Virus record (IMG/VR): IMGVR_UViG_3300022752_003639 | Span: 32,001-96,000 of that record | Strand: one strand, 5' to 3' | Source of the DNA: a virus | Length of the DNA stretch: 64,000 nt | Shown: piece after piece, positions 46,665 to 56,278 of the stretch | How positions within the stretch are numbered: position 1 is the first letter of the stretch | Layout of the letters: each line of letters starts with the position of its first letter | Made by a program: the position numbers and the translations under genes | Notes under the pieces: model-generated | The model's input: the letters and a program-made list of their open reading frames with translations, nothing else | What the model was told of the DNA's origin: nothing | Database searches by the model: none

Positions 46665-48133
46665 TTATTTGGGGAATAAGTGCTAACAGTCACGATGCTG
46701 CCTTGTCTGTGTGGCATGACAAAACAATACAATTTGCTGCTCATAGTGAACGGTATAGCAAGATTAAAAATGACGGCGATCTACATCCCAAACTTATCGC
46801 AGAAGCAAAACAGTATGGCGAGCCAGATCTTGTTGTCTGGTATGAAAATCCTTTACTAAAAACATTTAGGCAATTTACAGCAGGCCAAGGATGGAACTGG
46901 TCTGAGAACAATATAAGACAATATCTTAAACGCTATGACATACACAGTCATGTACACATAGGTTCACATCATCACAGTCACGCCGCTGCCGGTTTTTATA
47001 CCAGTAAGTTTAATGATGCAACAGTCATCTGTATAGACAGCATCGGTGAATATGAAACGCTGACAATTTGGCGAGGTATAGGTAACAATCTCAATAAGTG
47101 GTATACGCAGGGTTATCCTCACAGCATAGGTCTTTGGTATAGCGCAATGACTCAAAGGATAGGCCTCAAGCCCAATGAAGAAGAATATATCCTAATGGGA
47201 ATGGCAGCATATGGCAACCCAGAAAGATTATATCATGTTATTCTAGAAGATTTTTTTAAGAGCACAAAGGCTCCTGGAATAAAGTTTAAGAATAATTTGC
47301 ATAGAGGCTGCAAATGGTGGCGCCCTGATTTAGTTTCCGAACAGGATATGTTCGATATAGCAGCGGCTACCCAGGCAGTATACGCTGACCTATTACGATC
47401 TATTACACAGTATGCAAGAAAAGTATTACCAAGCAGAAATCTAGTGTTAATGGGCGGATGTGCCTTAAACTGTTCTGCCAATAGTCTAATTACTGCCGAC
47501 TGGGATAATGTATGGATAATGCCTAATCCGGGAGATGCAGGCAGTTCCATAGGTAGTGTATGCAGTTATTTTCAAGAAAAAATCTCATGGCCAGGTCCAT
47601 ATCTAGGCACAGACATGGGAGGTCCTTATCCTGTTGAGGAAACTATCAATGTTCTTAGATCTAGAAAAATTGTGGGTATGGCTAATGGTAGAGCCGAGTT
47701 TGGGCCTCGTGCCCTTGGACATAGAAGTTTACTGGCGGATCCGAGGGGAAATGATATTAAAGATAGTGTGAATGAAATTAAACGCAGACAAAAATTTAGA
47801 CCGTTTGCACCTGCTATATTAGAAGAACATGCGGCCGATTATTTTATCATGCCCCAAAATATATCATCCAGTCCTTACATGCAATTTGTAGCAAAATGTA
47901 GACATCCTGATCTGTTTCCTGCTATAATTCATGCAGATGGTACAAGTAGAGTTCAAACAGTTGGAAAAAATGACAGCCCTGGATTTAGGTCTCTACTAGA
48001 AAAATGGTTTGAAGAAACAGGATGTCCTATGTTACTAAACACTAGCCTTAATATAAAAGGACAACCAATTGTAAATGACGAAATTGATGCGTTAGCATTC
48101 GAAGAAAGGTATAATGTTAAAGTTTTTACGTAG
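46661..48133 (+). CDS. carbamoyltransferase (NodU/CmcH family)
   Basis: HDAA, SERYSKIKND, HHHSHAAA, GGCALNC, PGDAGSS, EFGPRALGHRS, RPFAP, DGTSRVQTV, LNTSLN. Confidence 0.92.
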   Translation: MIIWGISANSHDAALSVWHDKTIQFAAHSERYSKIKNDGDLHPKLIAEAKQYGEPDLVVWYENPLLKTFRQFTAGQGWNWSENNIRQYLKRYDIHSHVHIGSHHHSHAAAGFYTSKFNDATVICIDSIGEYETLTIWRGIGNNLNKWYTQGYPHSIGLWYSAMTQRIGLKPNEEEYILMGMAAYGNPERLYHVILEDFFKSTKAPGIKFKNNLHRGCKWWRPDLVSEQDMFDIAAATQAVYADLLRSITQYARKVLPSRNLVLMGGCALNCSANSLITADWDNVWIMPNPGDAGSSIGSVCSYFQEKISWPGPYLGTDMGGPYPVEETINVLRSRKIVGMANGRAEFGPRALGHRSLLADPRGNDIKDSVNEIKRRQKFRPFAPAILEEHAADYFIMPQNISSSPYMQFVAKCRHPDLFPAIIHADGTSRVQTVGKNDSPGFRSLLEKWFEETGCPMLLNTSLNIKGQPIVNDEIDALAFEERYNVKVFT

Positions 48134-48356
48134 TTTAACATGGCTGTTCTGGTTTGAGTGGTCTTGCACTATAATTTTATTGGCAGGAGTTATTTTAACT
48201 AGTTTTAATATATATCCTACAAATATATGGTTTTTATTAATAGGAAACCTTGGCTGGATCGCCCTAGGATATATATGGCGTAAATGGAGTTTAATTATTT
48301 TACAAGTTATAATAACACTAATCTATATTGCCGGATTAGTAAAGACTTTACTATAA
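48114..48356 (+). CDS. small three-TM membrane protein (PnuC-like half unit, tentative)
   Basis: EWSCTIILLAG, GNLGWI, hydrophobic throughout. Confidence 0.6.
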   Translation: MLKFLRSLTWLFWFEWSCTIILLAGVILTSFNIYPTNIWFLLIGNLGWIALGYIWRKWSLIILQVIITLIYIAGLVKTLL

Positions 48357-48426
48357 ATAAATTTGAGTAAGGTTCGCGAGCCATAAATCGCATAAGTGGT
48401 TGTCCAGCCTTAAGTGGAACAAGGAG
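48352..48426 (+). promoter_or_regulatory. TATAAATA late-type promoter and twin hairpins ahead of the polymerase SD
   Basis: TATAAATA 48352-59; GCGA-GCCATAAA-TCGC (48376-91); TCCA-GCCTTAAG-TGGA (48403-18); SD AAGGAG 48421-26. Confidence 0.6.
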
Positions 48427-48431
48427 AAATT

Positions 48432-51104
48432 ATGAGTTATGTAGATGCCATCTGGGATCGTGATAATGATATTATCAAAGTTGTTGAACGTGATCCTAAA
48501 AAGGGTCGCTTATTTCAAGAATACCCTGCAAGATATATATTTTACTACCCGGATTCAAAAGGTAAGTATAAATCAATTTACGGTGATAATCTTTCTAGAG
48601 TATTAACCAAATCATTTAAAGACTTTCAAAAAGAACAAAGAATACATAATAGTCATAGACTATTTGAAAGTGACATAAACCCCATATTTAGAACACTAGA
48701 AGAAAATTATTTAGGTAAAGAAGAACCTAGACTAAATGTAGCATTTTTTGACATCGAAGTCGATTTTGATCCAGAAAGAGGATACGCTAGTCCAGACGAT
48801 CCCTTTATGCCTATCACAGCTATTACAGTAAACCTACAGTGGTTAAATGTTTTAATAACATTGGCTATCCCTCCAAAAAGTCTTACATTAGAAGAGGCAA
48901 AAGAACAGGTAAAAGATTTTCCAAATACACACTTATTTGAATCTGAAGGAGAAATGTTAGAAACATTCTTAGAATTATTAGATGATGTAGATGTATTGAG
49001 TGGATGGAATTCAGAAGGCTATGATATTCCCTATACAGTAAACAGAGTAACTAAAGTATTAAGTAAAGAAGATACTAGAAGATTTTGTTTATGGGATCAA
49101 TTTCCTAAAAAAAGAGAATACGAAAAATACGGCAAGACCGCCGTGACATATGATCTTATAGGTCGAGTACATTTGGATTCTTTAGAGCTTTATAGAAAAT
49201 ATACCTATGAAGAACGTCACACTTTTAGATTAGATGCTATAGGTGAAATTGAAATTGGAGAAAATAAAACAGTTTACGAAGGAACACTTGACCAATTATA
49301 TAATAACGACTTTCGTAAATTTATAGAATACAACAGACAAGACGTTGCTTTATTAGACAAATTAGACCGAAAACTTAAATTTATCGACCTTGCCAATAAA
49401 ATTGCTCATGAAAACACAGTATTATTACAGACTACTCTAGGAGCTGTAGCAGTAACCGAGCAAGCAATTATTAATGAAGCACATCATCGAGGTATGATGG
49501 TTCCTAGTAGAGCTAAACGCGATGAGCTAGGTGATACAGGAGCAGCGGGCGCATATGTAGCCTACCCTAAAAAAGGACTTCATGAATGGATCGGAAGCAT
49601 TGACATCAATAGTCTATATCCAAGTGTAATTCGTGCATTAAACATGGGACCGGAGACCATTGTAGGTCAACTACGCCCAGAAAAAACTGAAAAATATATA
49701 AACGAACAAATATCTATACATAAAAAAACATTCGCAGGGGCCTGGGAAGGAATGTTTGGAACGCTAGAATACGAAGCAGTAATTAAAAAAGATAGAGCAT
49801 TTGAAATTGTTATAGATTGGGAAAACAACGAAACCAGTGTGTTATCTGCGGCAGAGGTACATAATTTAATTTTTGAAAGTAATAACCATTGGATGCTCAG
49901 TGCAAATGGAACTATTTTTACCTATGAAAAAGAAGGCATAATTCCTGGCCTACTGAAACGATGGTATGCTGAACGTAAAGAATTACAAGGAAAATTAAAA
50001 TTAGCTAAAGATGCGGAAAATATTATAGAAGAAGAGTATTGGGACAAGAGACAATTAGTTAAAAAGATTAATCTTAATAGCTTGTACGGCGCTATTTTAA
50101 ATCCAGGATGTAGATTTTTTGACAAGCGTATAGGTCAATCAACAACATTAACAGGTAGATCTATAGCAAAACACATGGCAGGAACAGTAAATGAAATTGT
50201 AACAGGTGAGTTTGATCATGTAGGGAAAGCTATAATCTATGGTGATACAGACAGTTGTTACTTCAGTGCATACTCTACATTAAAAAGAGATATCGAAAAA
50301 GGACAAGTACCTTGGAATAAAGATATTATAATTCAACTTTATAATCAAATCGCAGATAAAGTAAATCAAACATTCCCAGAATTTATGCTTGCAGCATTTC
50401 ATTGTCCCAAATCTAGAGGAGATGTTATTAAAGGGGGCAGAGAAATTGTTGCAAGCAAAGGTTTGTTTATCACTAAAAAACGCTATGCAGTTCTATATTA
50501 TGATAAGGACGGAAAACGCACAGACGTAGACGGAAAAACTGGCAAAATTAAAGCTATGGGCTTAGACTTAAAAAGAAGTGACACTCCTGAATTTATGCAA
50601 AAATTCCTAGAAGAAATTCTTGGCAAAGTTCTACACGGCGAACAAGAAAAAGAAATTTTAGATAGAATTAGTGAATTTCGAACAGAATTCAAAGCTCGCC
50701 CAGGTTGGGAAAAAGGTTCGCCTAAACGTGCTAATAATATTACAGAATACGAAGCTAAAGAAAAGAAAGCAGGCAAGGCTAATATGCCGGGACATGTACG
50801 TGCAAGCATAAATTGGAATACTTTACGAAGAATGAATGGAGACAAATATTCCATGCAAATTGTTGATGGTATGAAAGTTATAGTTTGTAAAGTAAAAGAC
50901 AATCCATTAGGATTTACCAGCGTGGCCTATCCTACAGACGAATTACGGTTACCAAAATGGTTTCAAGAATTACCATTCGACCATTCAGAAATGGAAACAA
51001 CAATCATTAACAATAAATTAGACAATCTCATCGGTGTTCTAGAATGGGATTTAGAAAGCACTACACAGGATAATACTTTTGGCAAGTTATTTTCTTTTGA
51101 ATGA
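48432..51104 (+). CDS. family B DNA polymerase with 3'-5' exonuclease
   Basis: FFDIEVD, GWNSEGYDIPY, YNRQDV, SIDINSLYPS, KINLNSLYG, YGDTDS, KKRY. Confidence 0.96.
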   Translation: MSYVDAIWDRDNDIIKVVERDPKKGRLFQEYPARYIFYYPDSKGKYKSIYGDNLSRVLTKSFKDFQKEQRIHNSHRLFESDINPIFRTLEENYLGKEEPRLNVAFFDIEVDFDPERGYASPDDPFMPITAITVNLQWLNVLITLAIPPKSLTLEEAKEQVKDFPNTHLFESEGEMLETFLELLDDVDVLSGWNSEGYDIPYTVNRVTKVLSKEDTRRFCLWDQFPKKREYEKYGKTAVTYDLIGRVHLDSLELYRKYTYEERHTFRLDAIGEIEIGENKTVYEGTLDQLYNNDFRKFIEYNRQDVALLDKLDRKLKFIDLANKIAHENTVLLQTTLGAVAVTEQAIINEAHHRGMMVPSRAKRDELGDTGAAGAYVAYPKKGLHEWIGSIDINSLYPSVIRALNMGPETIVGQLRPEKTEKYINEQISIHKKTFAGAWEGMFGTLEYEAVIKKDRAFEIVIDWENNETSVLSAAEVHNLIFESNNHWMLSANGTIFTYEKEGIIPGLLKRWYAERKELQGKLKLAKDAENIIEEEYWDKRQLVKKINLNSLYGAILNPGCRFFDKRIGQSTTLTGRSIAKHMAGTVNEIVTGEFDHVGKAIIYGDTDSCYFSAYSTLKRDIEKGQVPWNKDIIIQLYNQIADKVNQTFPEFMLAAFHCPKSRGDVIKGGREIVASKGLFITKKRYAVLYYDKDGKRTDVDGKTGKIKAMGLDLKRSDTPEFMQKFLEEILGKVLHGEQEKEILDRISEFRTEFKARPGWEKGSPKRANNITEYEAKEKKAGKANMPGHVRASINWNTLRRMNGDKYSMQIVDGMKVIVCKVKDNPLGFTSVAYPTDELRLPKWFQELPFDHSEMETTIINNKLDNLIGVLEWDLESTTQDNTFGKLFSFE

Positions 51105-51113
51105 AAATAATAG

Positions 51114-51142
51114 TTGACATTATCCTTAATTCTAAATATAAT
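51114..51142 (+). promoter_or_regulatory. consensus sigma70 promoter
   Basis: TTGACA(51114-19)-17 bp-TATAAT(51137-42). Confidence 0.85.
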
Positions 51143-51159
51143 TATACAAAGGAAAAATC

Positions 51160-51894
51160 ATGCAAGATATATTAAAAGACATCGTAAGTCATACACATAA
51201 TCTAGGCTTTCTCAATATTGTCAAAGTCACAGGTGACGAATCTAGTACAAAAATCAATAGTATGGCAGATGACAGAACAGTAATTATGTTCGGTGAAACT
51301 GCCAACCCATATCCGGAAATGATAGGCGTTTTTGGAATGCCGCAATTGAATAAATTAAAATATTTGTTAGACTGCCCTGAATATAAAGAAAACGCCAATA
51401 TAAACATAACACACATTAATAAAAATGGTGTAGATATTCCGTCAGGTATTCATTTTGTAAACGAAAATGGTGATTTTAAAAACGATTATAAGTTTATGAA
51501 TACTGAAATTATCAATGAAAAAATTAAAGATATAAAATTTAGAGGCGTAAAATGGGACGTAGAGCTAACGCCTACAGTTCAGTCGATACAGAAATTTAAT
51601 TTCCAAGTTAATGCTAATAATGAACATACAACATTTTTAGCTAAAACAGATGCGGATAAATTAGTATTTTCATTTGGCGATGCTAGTAGTCATAGTGGTG
51701 AATTTATATTTGCAAACGGAATCACTGGTAAATTAAGCAAAAGCTGGACATGGCCTGTTTCATCTGTCCTAGCTATTTTGAAAGCAGCAGATGTGAATAA
51801 TACTAAAATGAGTTTAAGCAATGAAGGTGCTTTACAAATTACTTTAGATAGCGGATTGGCCACATATCAATATATCATTCCTGCAACAATATGA
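51160..51894 (+). CDS. putative sliding clamp (gp45/PCNA-like)
   Basis: 244-aa acidic alpha/beta protein directly after polB, with a clamp loader in the window; C-terminal GALQITLDSGLATYQYIIPA. Confidence 0.65.
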   Translation: MQDILKDIVSHTHNLGFLNIVKVTGDESSTKINSMADDRTVIMFGETANPYPEMIGVFGMPQLNKLKYLLDCPEYKENANINITHINKNGVDIPSGIHFVNENGDFKNDYKFMNTEIINEKIKDIKFRGVKWDVELTPTVQSIQKFNFQVNANNEHTTFLAKTDADKLVFSFGDASSHSGEFIFANGITGKLSKSWTWPVSSVLAILKAADVNNTKMSLSNEGALQITLDSGLATYQYIIPATI

Positions 51895-52259
51895 TTAGAT
51901 CAGTCTCGGGAGGGCCTCATATACAGGTAGATGGTGGTCATCCATCTGCCTCGTATATCTATTCTGAAAATGCAAATAAACCCATGGCCGGTATGGTAAG
52001 ATATATCAACAACCAATTTGAAGTATACGACGGTAATACATGGCATCAGATATCAGTCGGACATACTACCGTAAAATTAACAAACGAAGCCAGTAAGGCC
52101 ATTGACTGGGCATTAAGACAAATGCAGGAACAGGCTGACATTGAAAAACTGGCAAAAGACTACCCTGCGGTCAAACTGGCACACGATAATCTTAAACGTG
52201 CTGCCGAACAATTAAAGGCCACTATTATATTGAGTAAAGATGAGCAATCCACCAATTAA
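51891..52259 (+). CDS. hypothetical protein
   Basis: 122-aa ORF, ATGA-coupled. Confidence 0.7.
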   Translation: MIRSVSGGPHIQVDGGHPSASYIYSENANKPMAGMVRYINNQFEVYDGNTWHQISVGHTTVKLTNEASKAIDWALRQMQEQADIEKLAKDYPAVKLAHDNLKRAAEQLKATIILSKDEQSTN

Positions 52260-53793
52260 CCTAACACCATTACAGAAAGACTATGCTGTATTTTTACCAG
52301 CAGTTAGTTCTTTTTATTCAACCTATGTAGCCAAACAAAAATTAGAGGAATTCGTTCCTAAGCATCGTATCCCTAAAGGATTTGATCGTGATATTGAAGG
52401 TATGAACTTTCTAAATCCAGAACAAGGCTATTTTACCTACAAATATGCTTTATACTCTGCAGGACATGCACAATTAGACTTGAATAAAAGTATAGTACAA
52501 GAAAGTATGATTCAACAGCGTGATAGAAACGCAACAATGATTCTAGGAGATTCCGGTGGATACCAGATTGGTAAAGGTGTGCTAAAGTTTGATTGGCTAA
52601 ATTTTGAAGGAGCAGAAGCAAACAAGGTTCGTCAACGTATTCTAGAGTGGTTAGAACTAACTGCTGATTGGTCAATGATGCTAGATGTTCCTACTTGGGC
52701 CTGTGATCATATTCATAGTCCAAAGACGGGTCTTAAAACGTTTGATGACTGTTTAGATAAGACCAAATTTAACAATGAATACTTTCTAAAAAATAGACTA
52801 GGTCAAACTAAATGGCTTAACGTGCTGCAAGGATCAGATTGGGATACCGCAGAGAAATGGTACGACGGTGTTAAAGAATTTTCAGATCCTGCCGTATGGG
52901 GGGATAAGGCTGCAGAAGGGTGGGCCTTTGGTGGTGCTAATATGTGTAAAATGGACATTACATTAAAGCGTCTAATGACCTTACGTGAAGATGGTCTACT
53001 AAAAAATAAAAACTGGATTCACTTCTTAGGTACAGCCCAACTTGATTGGTCCTGTTATCTTACCTCTATTCAACGACAAATTAGAAAGCACATTAATGAA
53101 GAAATTACCATATCTTTTGACTGCGCCTCACCGTTTATTGCAACCGCCCACGGACTTGTCTATACAAACGCACAGCACACGCCGAAACGTTGGAGCGTTA
53201 TTATGGACAAGGCCCCAGACAACAAAACACTTGCAAGAAGCACAATCCCATTTCCGTTCGAATCAGAAATAGGTCGCAGGCTTAACATGGGAGATATCTG
53301 CTGGTATGCTCCTGGAGATCTTAATAAAATTAAAAAAGAAGGTAAAACGTCGTGGGATAGTTTTTCATATGCACTAATGATGGGGCATAATGTATACTGC
53401 CATATTGTTGCCGTACAACGTGCCCAGCAATTAATGGATATTGAAGTTGCTAAAACACAACAAAAAATAAATTGGCGTTTTTGGAAAAAAGTAAAATCCG
53501 GCGATATGAGCGACGAATATAGTGACTGGGTTCCTAGAAATGTGCTATACTTCAATAACTTTGTAGAAGATTTATTTAATACAAAAACGAAAAAAGAAGC
53601 ATTTGAGATGATTGAAGAAGCTGGATCATTTTTAAGATCGTTAGAAGGTGCAAGATTACGAGGTGGCCCTGCTCAGAACAATTTCAACACTTTCTTTGAA
53701 TTTGAAGAAGTAACCAAAGCAGAAGAGATTGATTTAGAAAACCCTGATGATGATAAATTAAGGGCTCTTGAAGAAGAAATTATGGAGAATTAA
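52240..53793 (+). CDS. TGT-fold guanine transglycosylase, probably DNA-acting (DpdA-like)
   Basis: GDSGGYQ, MMLD, NVLQG, GWAFGG, IHFLG, SFDCASP match TGT barrel motifs. Confidence 0.75.
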   Translation: MSNPPINLTPLQKDYAVFLPAVSSFYSTYVAKQKLEEFVPKHRIPKGFDRDIEGMNFLNPEQGYFTYKYALYSAGHAQLDLNKSIVQESMIQQRDRNATMILGDSGGYQIGKGVLKFDWLNFEGAEANKVRQRILEWLELTADWSMMLDVPTWACDHIHSPKTGLKTFDDCLDKTKFNNEYFLKNRLGQTKWLNVLQGSDWDTAEKWYDGVKEFSDPAVWGDKAAEGWAFGGANMCKMDITLKRLMTLREDGLLKNKNWIHFLGTAQLDWSCYLTSIQRQIRKHINEEITISFDCASPFIATAHGLVYTNAQHTPKRWSVIMDKAPDNKTLARSTIPFPFESEIGRRLNMGDICWYAPGDLNKIKKEGKTSWDSFSYALMMGHNVYCHIVAVQRAQQLMDIEVAKTQQKINWRFWKKVKSGDMSDEYSDWVPRNVLYFNNFVEDLFNTKTKKEAFEMIEEAGSFLRSLEGARLRGGPAQNNFNTFFEFEEVTKAEEIDLENPDDDKLRALEEEIMEN

Positions 53794-53794
53794 C

Positions 53795-54223
53795 ATGGCA
53801 ATATGGCGTATTACAAATTATCAAAAAAAGTCGGCTGATGAAATTCAAACCTGGCGTAAAGGTGATGATGAATTTCAAAAAACAGAAACATACCGTTGGG
53901 GTGTTTGGGAATGTGAAAGTGATGAAAAGCCTGTAGTTGATTTAAACAACCCAGGTGGCTGGAGTCCAGATAATGCAGATCAAGAAGATTATACCTGGGA
54001 AATGGTTGAAATGATTGATGGTTGTTATGTGGATTGGGATTTTATAGGCTGTCCGGATATGGATGAGGAAGAACAAGAACGTATTCAAGAACTTTGGAAC
54101 GAAAACTATTACGAAGGATTAGAAGGCGAAGACTGGATTAATGACGAAACTGAATATTGGCTTCATGGCCCATTGAAATTAACCAATGTAGATACTGGTG
54201 AAGAATGGCATGGAGAAGACTGA
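53795..54223 (+). CDS. acidic Trp-rich hypothetical protein
   Basis: ATG at 53795 after GGAG; 142 aa. Confidence 0.75.
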   Translation: MAIWRITNYQKKSADEIQTWRKGDDEFQKTETYRWGVWECESDEKPVVDLNNPGGWSPDNADQEDYTWEMVEMIDGCYVDWDFIGCPDMDEEEQERIQELWNENYYEGLEGEDWINDETEYWLHGPLKLTNVDTGEEWHGED

Positions 54224-54455
54224 CTCAATTTTAGAAAAACTTATCTACAGGGCAGGGTTCAGCTCAACCTTTGAACGTGTAAGGCTAGAAAGACTAATTT
54301 GGTTAGCTGCCCGCGATATTCAACATATTGTAACAGACGAGCAATGGCAACAAATTGTAAATCATTTATCTATTCCAGAAGATTTTAATAAACGAACCAA
54401 CAATAATTATCTTACAAAAAAATCCGCAGATCAACCAGAAGGATATTTAGAATGA
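54210..54455 (+). CDS. hypothetical protein
   Basis: In-frame ATG at 54210. Confidence 0.55.
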   Translation: MEKTDSILEKLIYRAGFSSTFERVRLERLIWLAARDIQHIVTDEQWQQIVNHLSIPEDFNKRTNNNYLTKKSADQPEGYLE

Positions 54456-54751
54456 AATCTGTTCATGAACTTAGTGATGAAGAATTAGAAAGTTGTATAG
54501 ATGGTTCTTTTCACATTGAAACTTTAAGAGAAATTCTTAGTAAACAGGGTGTAGTAGATTTAGAAGGTTGGGTAGATCCGGAAATTTTTGCAGATTGGTT
54601 CGCTCAGTCTCTCGTAGATATAATAGGCGTAGAAGAAGATACACCAGAATGGACTGAAGCATTTGATAACAATTGGAATTGGGGTTATGACGTTGGTGAT
54701 AATATCAATTCCTTTATTAGTGATAATTTTAAGGATAAAAAAGATGCCTAA
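54452..54751 (+). CDS. acidic hypothetical protein
   Basis: 99 aa, ATGA-coupled. Confidence 0.7.
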   Translation: MKSVHELSDEELESCIDGSFHIETLREILSKQGVVDLEGWVDPEIFADWFAQSLVDIIGVEEDTPEWTEAFDNNWNWGYDVGDNINSFISDNFKDKKDA

Positions 54752-54944
54752 GAAAAAAACAGAACCAACTAGTAAATTAGCAAAAAATAAAAAAACAGAT
54801 GCAAAAAAAGAAAGTAACGAATATACTATTGAGACAAAAGATGAGTCAGGAAAATTATCATTTGATATAGATTGGGATAGGCTTAAAATTCATGTCCAAA
54901 ATGCCTTGACTGACTTTGAAAAAACAAGTAAAATTAAAACATGA
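54744..54944 (+). CDS. hypothetical protein
   Basis: ATG at 54744 after AAGGA. Confidence 0.6.
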   Translation: MPKKKTEPTSKLAKNKKTDAKKESNEYTIETKDESGKLSFDIDWDRLKIHVQNALTDFEKTSKIKT

Positions 54945-55453
54945 AAAGAAATTATTCCTCTGATTGTTTAGATGATGTTGTTTTCTTTGTAGGAACAGAA
55001 ATCGAACATACTCCTGCTTATGGGTTGAATACACTCTTTGTAGTTGGTATTCAAGGATATGACGAAATTTTGTATAGGCTAGAAAACATAGAACATATTT
55101 TCTTTGGAGCTAATCATAGCTTTAACCCGCAAACTACAGAAGAATGGAACCGCTGGGAAAACATGATTATGTATTTTCTAGAAAAAGATTATTTGTGCTC
55201 ATTAGACATTCCTATTAACCAAGTTGAAGAGTTTCATGAAGGGGGTCTTTGTGAACATAACAACTTTATTCCACAAATTCGTGTGCCAATTCCTTATATT
55301 AAATTATGGAATTACAACACAATGCTCAAAATTGATGATAAAGATTTTGATGCAACTAATCCCGGTGTGTGGTCACACAGTCTACACTCACTAATGGAAC
55401 GTAGTAAATTTACAGACTGGAAACAATATAATAAGGATGTAGTAATAAAATGA
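54941..55453 (+). CDS. conserved hypothetical protein in the DNA-modification cluster
   Basis: FVGTEIEHTPAYG, HIFFGANHSF, KIDDKDF.ATNPGVW. Confidence 0.75.
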   Translation: MKRNYSSDCLDDVVFFVGTEIEHTPAYGLNTLFVVGIQGYDEILYRLENIEHIFFGANHSFNPQTTEEWNRWENMIMYFLEKDYLCSLDIPINQVEEFHEGGLCEHNNFIPQIRVPIPYIKLWNYNTMLKIDDKDFDATNPGVWSHSLHSLMERSKFTDWKQYNKDVVIK

Positions 55454-55638
55454 TTAATAGCAAATTAGCAAATCAACTTAGTTCTGAAGAAAAACTTTTT
55501 AAAATGTTAGAAAGCATTGACTGGAAACTTTGGGAAATGTATAACATTTTAAAGGCACAGACTGAAGGAGCAAAGGTATCAACTAAAGCAGTTTCAGCAG
55601 TTAAAAAAACTAAAACATCTGCAAAAACAGACAACTAA
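55450..55638 (+). CDS. hypothetical protein
   Basis: LESIDWKLW motif, Lys-rich tail. Confidence 0.65.
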   Translation: MINSKLANQLSSEEKLFKMLESIDWKLWEMYNILKAQTEGAKVSTKAVSAVKKTKTSAKTDN

Positions 55639-55640
55639 AA

Positions 55641-56030
55641 ATGATTATTAAACAAGACATACGACCAAGTAAAATGATCTGGATTACTTTTAGTAAAGAA
55701 GGTATCCATAAATATCCAGCAGCACTAACTGATCCCAACTTAGCAACAGGAGATGAATACGATGTTTCGTTCCTTGGTTATCCGCATCGTCATATATTCC
55801 ATTTTAGGGTGTGGATTAATGTACTTCATAACGATCGCGAAATCGAATTCATACAGTTCAAGAGATTCTGTGAGCGTCTCCTGCGTGAGGGGGTAGTACA
55901 ATTAGATTATAAAAGTTGCGAAATGATGAGCGATGATCTATATGCTCAAATCATCGAAAAGTATCCTGGCCGTGAGGTATGGATTGAAGTCTCCGAAGAT
56001 GGAGAAAATGGTAGTTTCATTAAATATTAA
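55641..56030 (+). CDS. T-fold QueD paralogue (DpdL-like)
   Basis: LGYPHRHIF fits the LxxxHRHxF signature; DREIEFI, SCEMMSD, EVSEDGENG. Confidence 0.65.
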   Translation: MIIKQDIRPSKMIWITFSKEGIHKYPAALTDPNLATGDEYDVSFLGYPHRHIFHFRVWINVLHNDREIEFIQFKRFCERLLREGVVQLDYKSCEMMSDDLYAQIIEKYPGREVWIEVSEDGENGSFIKY

Positions 56031-56053
56031 TCTTTTTTAGGAAATAGACAAAC

Positions 56054-56278
56054 ATGGCCCTCAGTGCATCTGTTCAAAAAACTCTTCGTATGAAACCAGA
56101 AGTTAGTAAAATCTTTGATGACCTTGAAGCATGGCACGATTATTGTAGAATGGAATTAATTGCATTTAATCCGGCCCATCTTTATAAATCTAGAGAATAT
56201 AAGGAATGGTCTAAAGACAGAAGAATTTCCAAAAACCGTAAACTAAAAAGTAAAAATGGCAAAAATATTTCTAGTTGA
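56054..56278 (+). CDS. hypothetical protein
   Basis: 74 aa; KIFDDLEAWHDYCR. Confidence 0.65.
   Translation: MALSASVQKTLRMKPEVSKIFDDLEAWHDYCRMELIAFNPAHLYKSREYKEWSKDRRISKNRKLKSKNGKNISS

Noticed and set aside
48432-51104. Intein or intron in the DNA polymerase
   Set aside because: The length (about 890 aa) and motif spacing are normal, with no LAGLIDADG or splice-junction motifs.
20869-51894. Archaeal or eukaryotic-virus origin suggested by PolB, RFC-like and PCNA-like genes
   Set aside because: Sigma70 promoters, SD sites, spanin-like genes, a GH19 endolysin and tail fibres indicate a bacteriophage.
52240-53793. Annotation as tRNA-guanine transglycosylase (tgt)
   Set aside because: No CxCxxC zinc motif of bacterial Tgt is seen, and the context is a replication/DNA-modification cluster. 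No symbol assigned.
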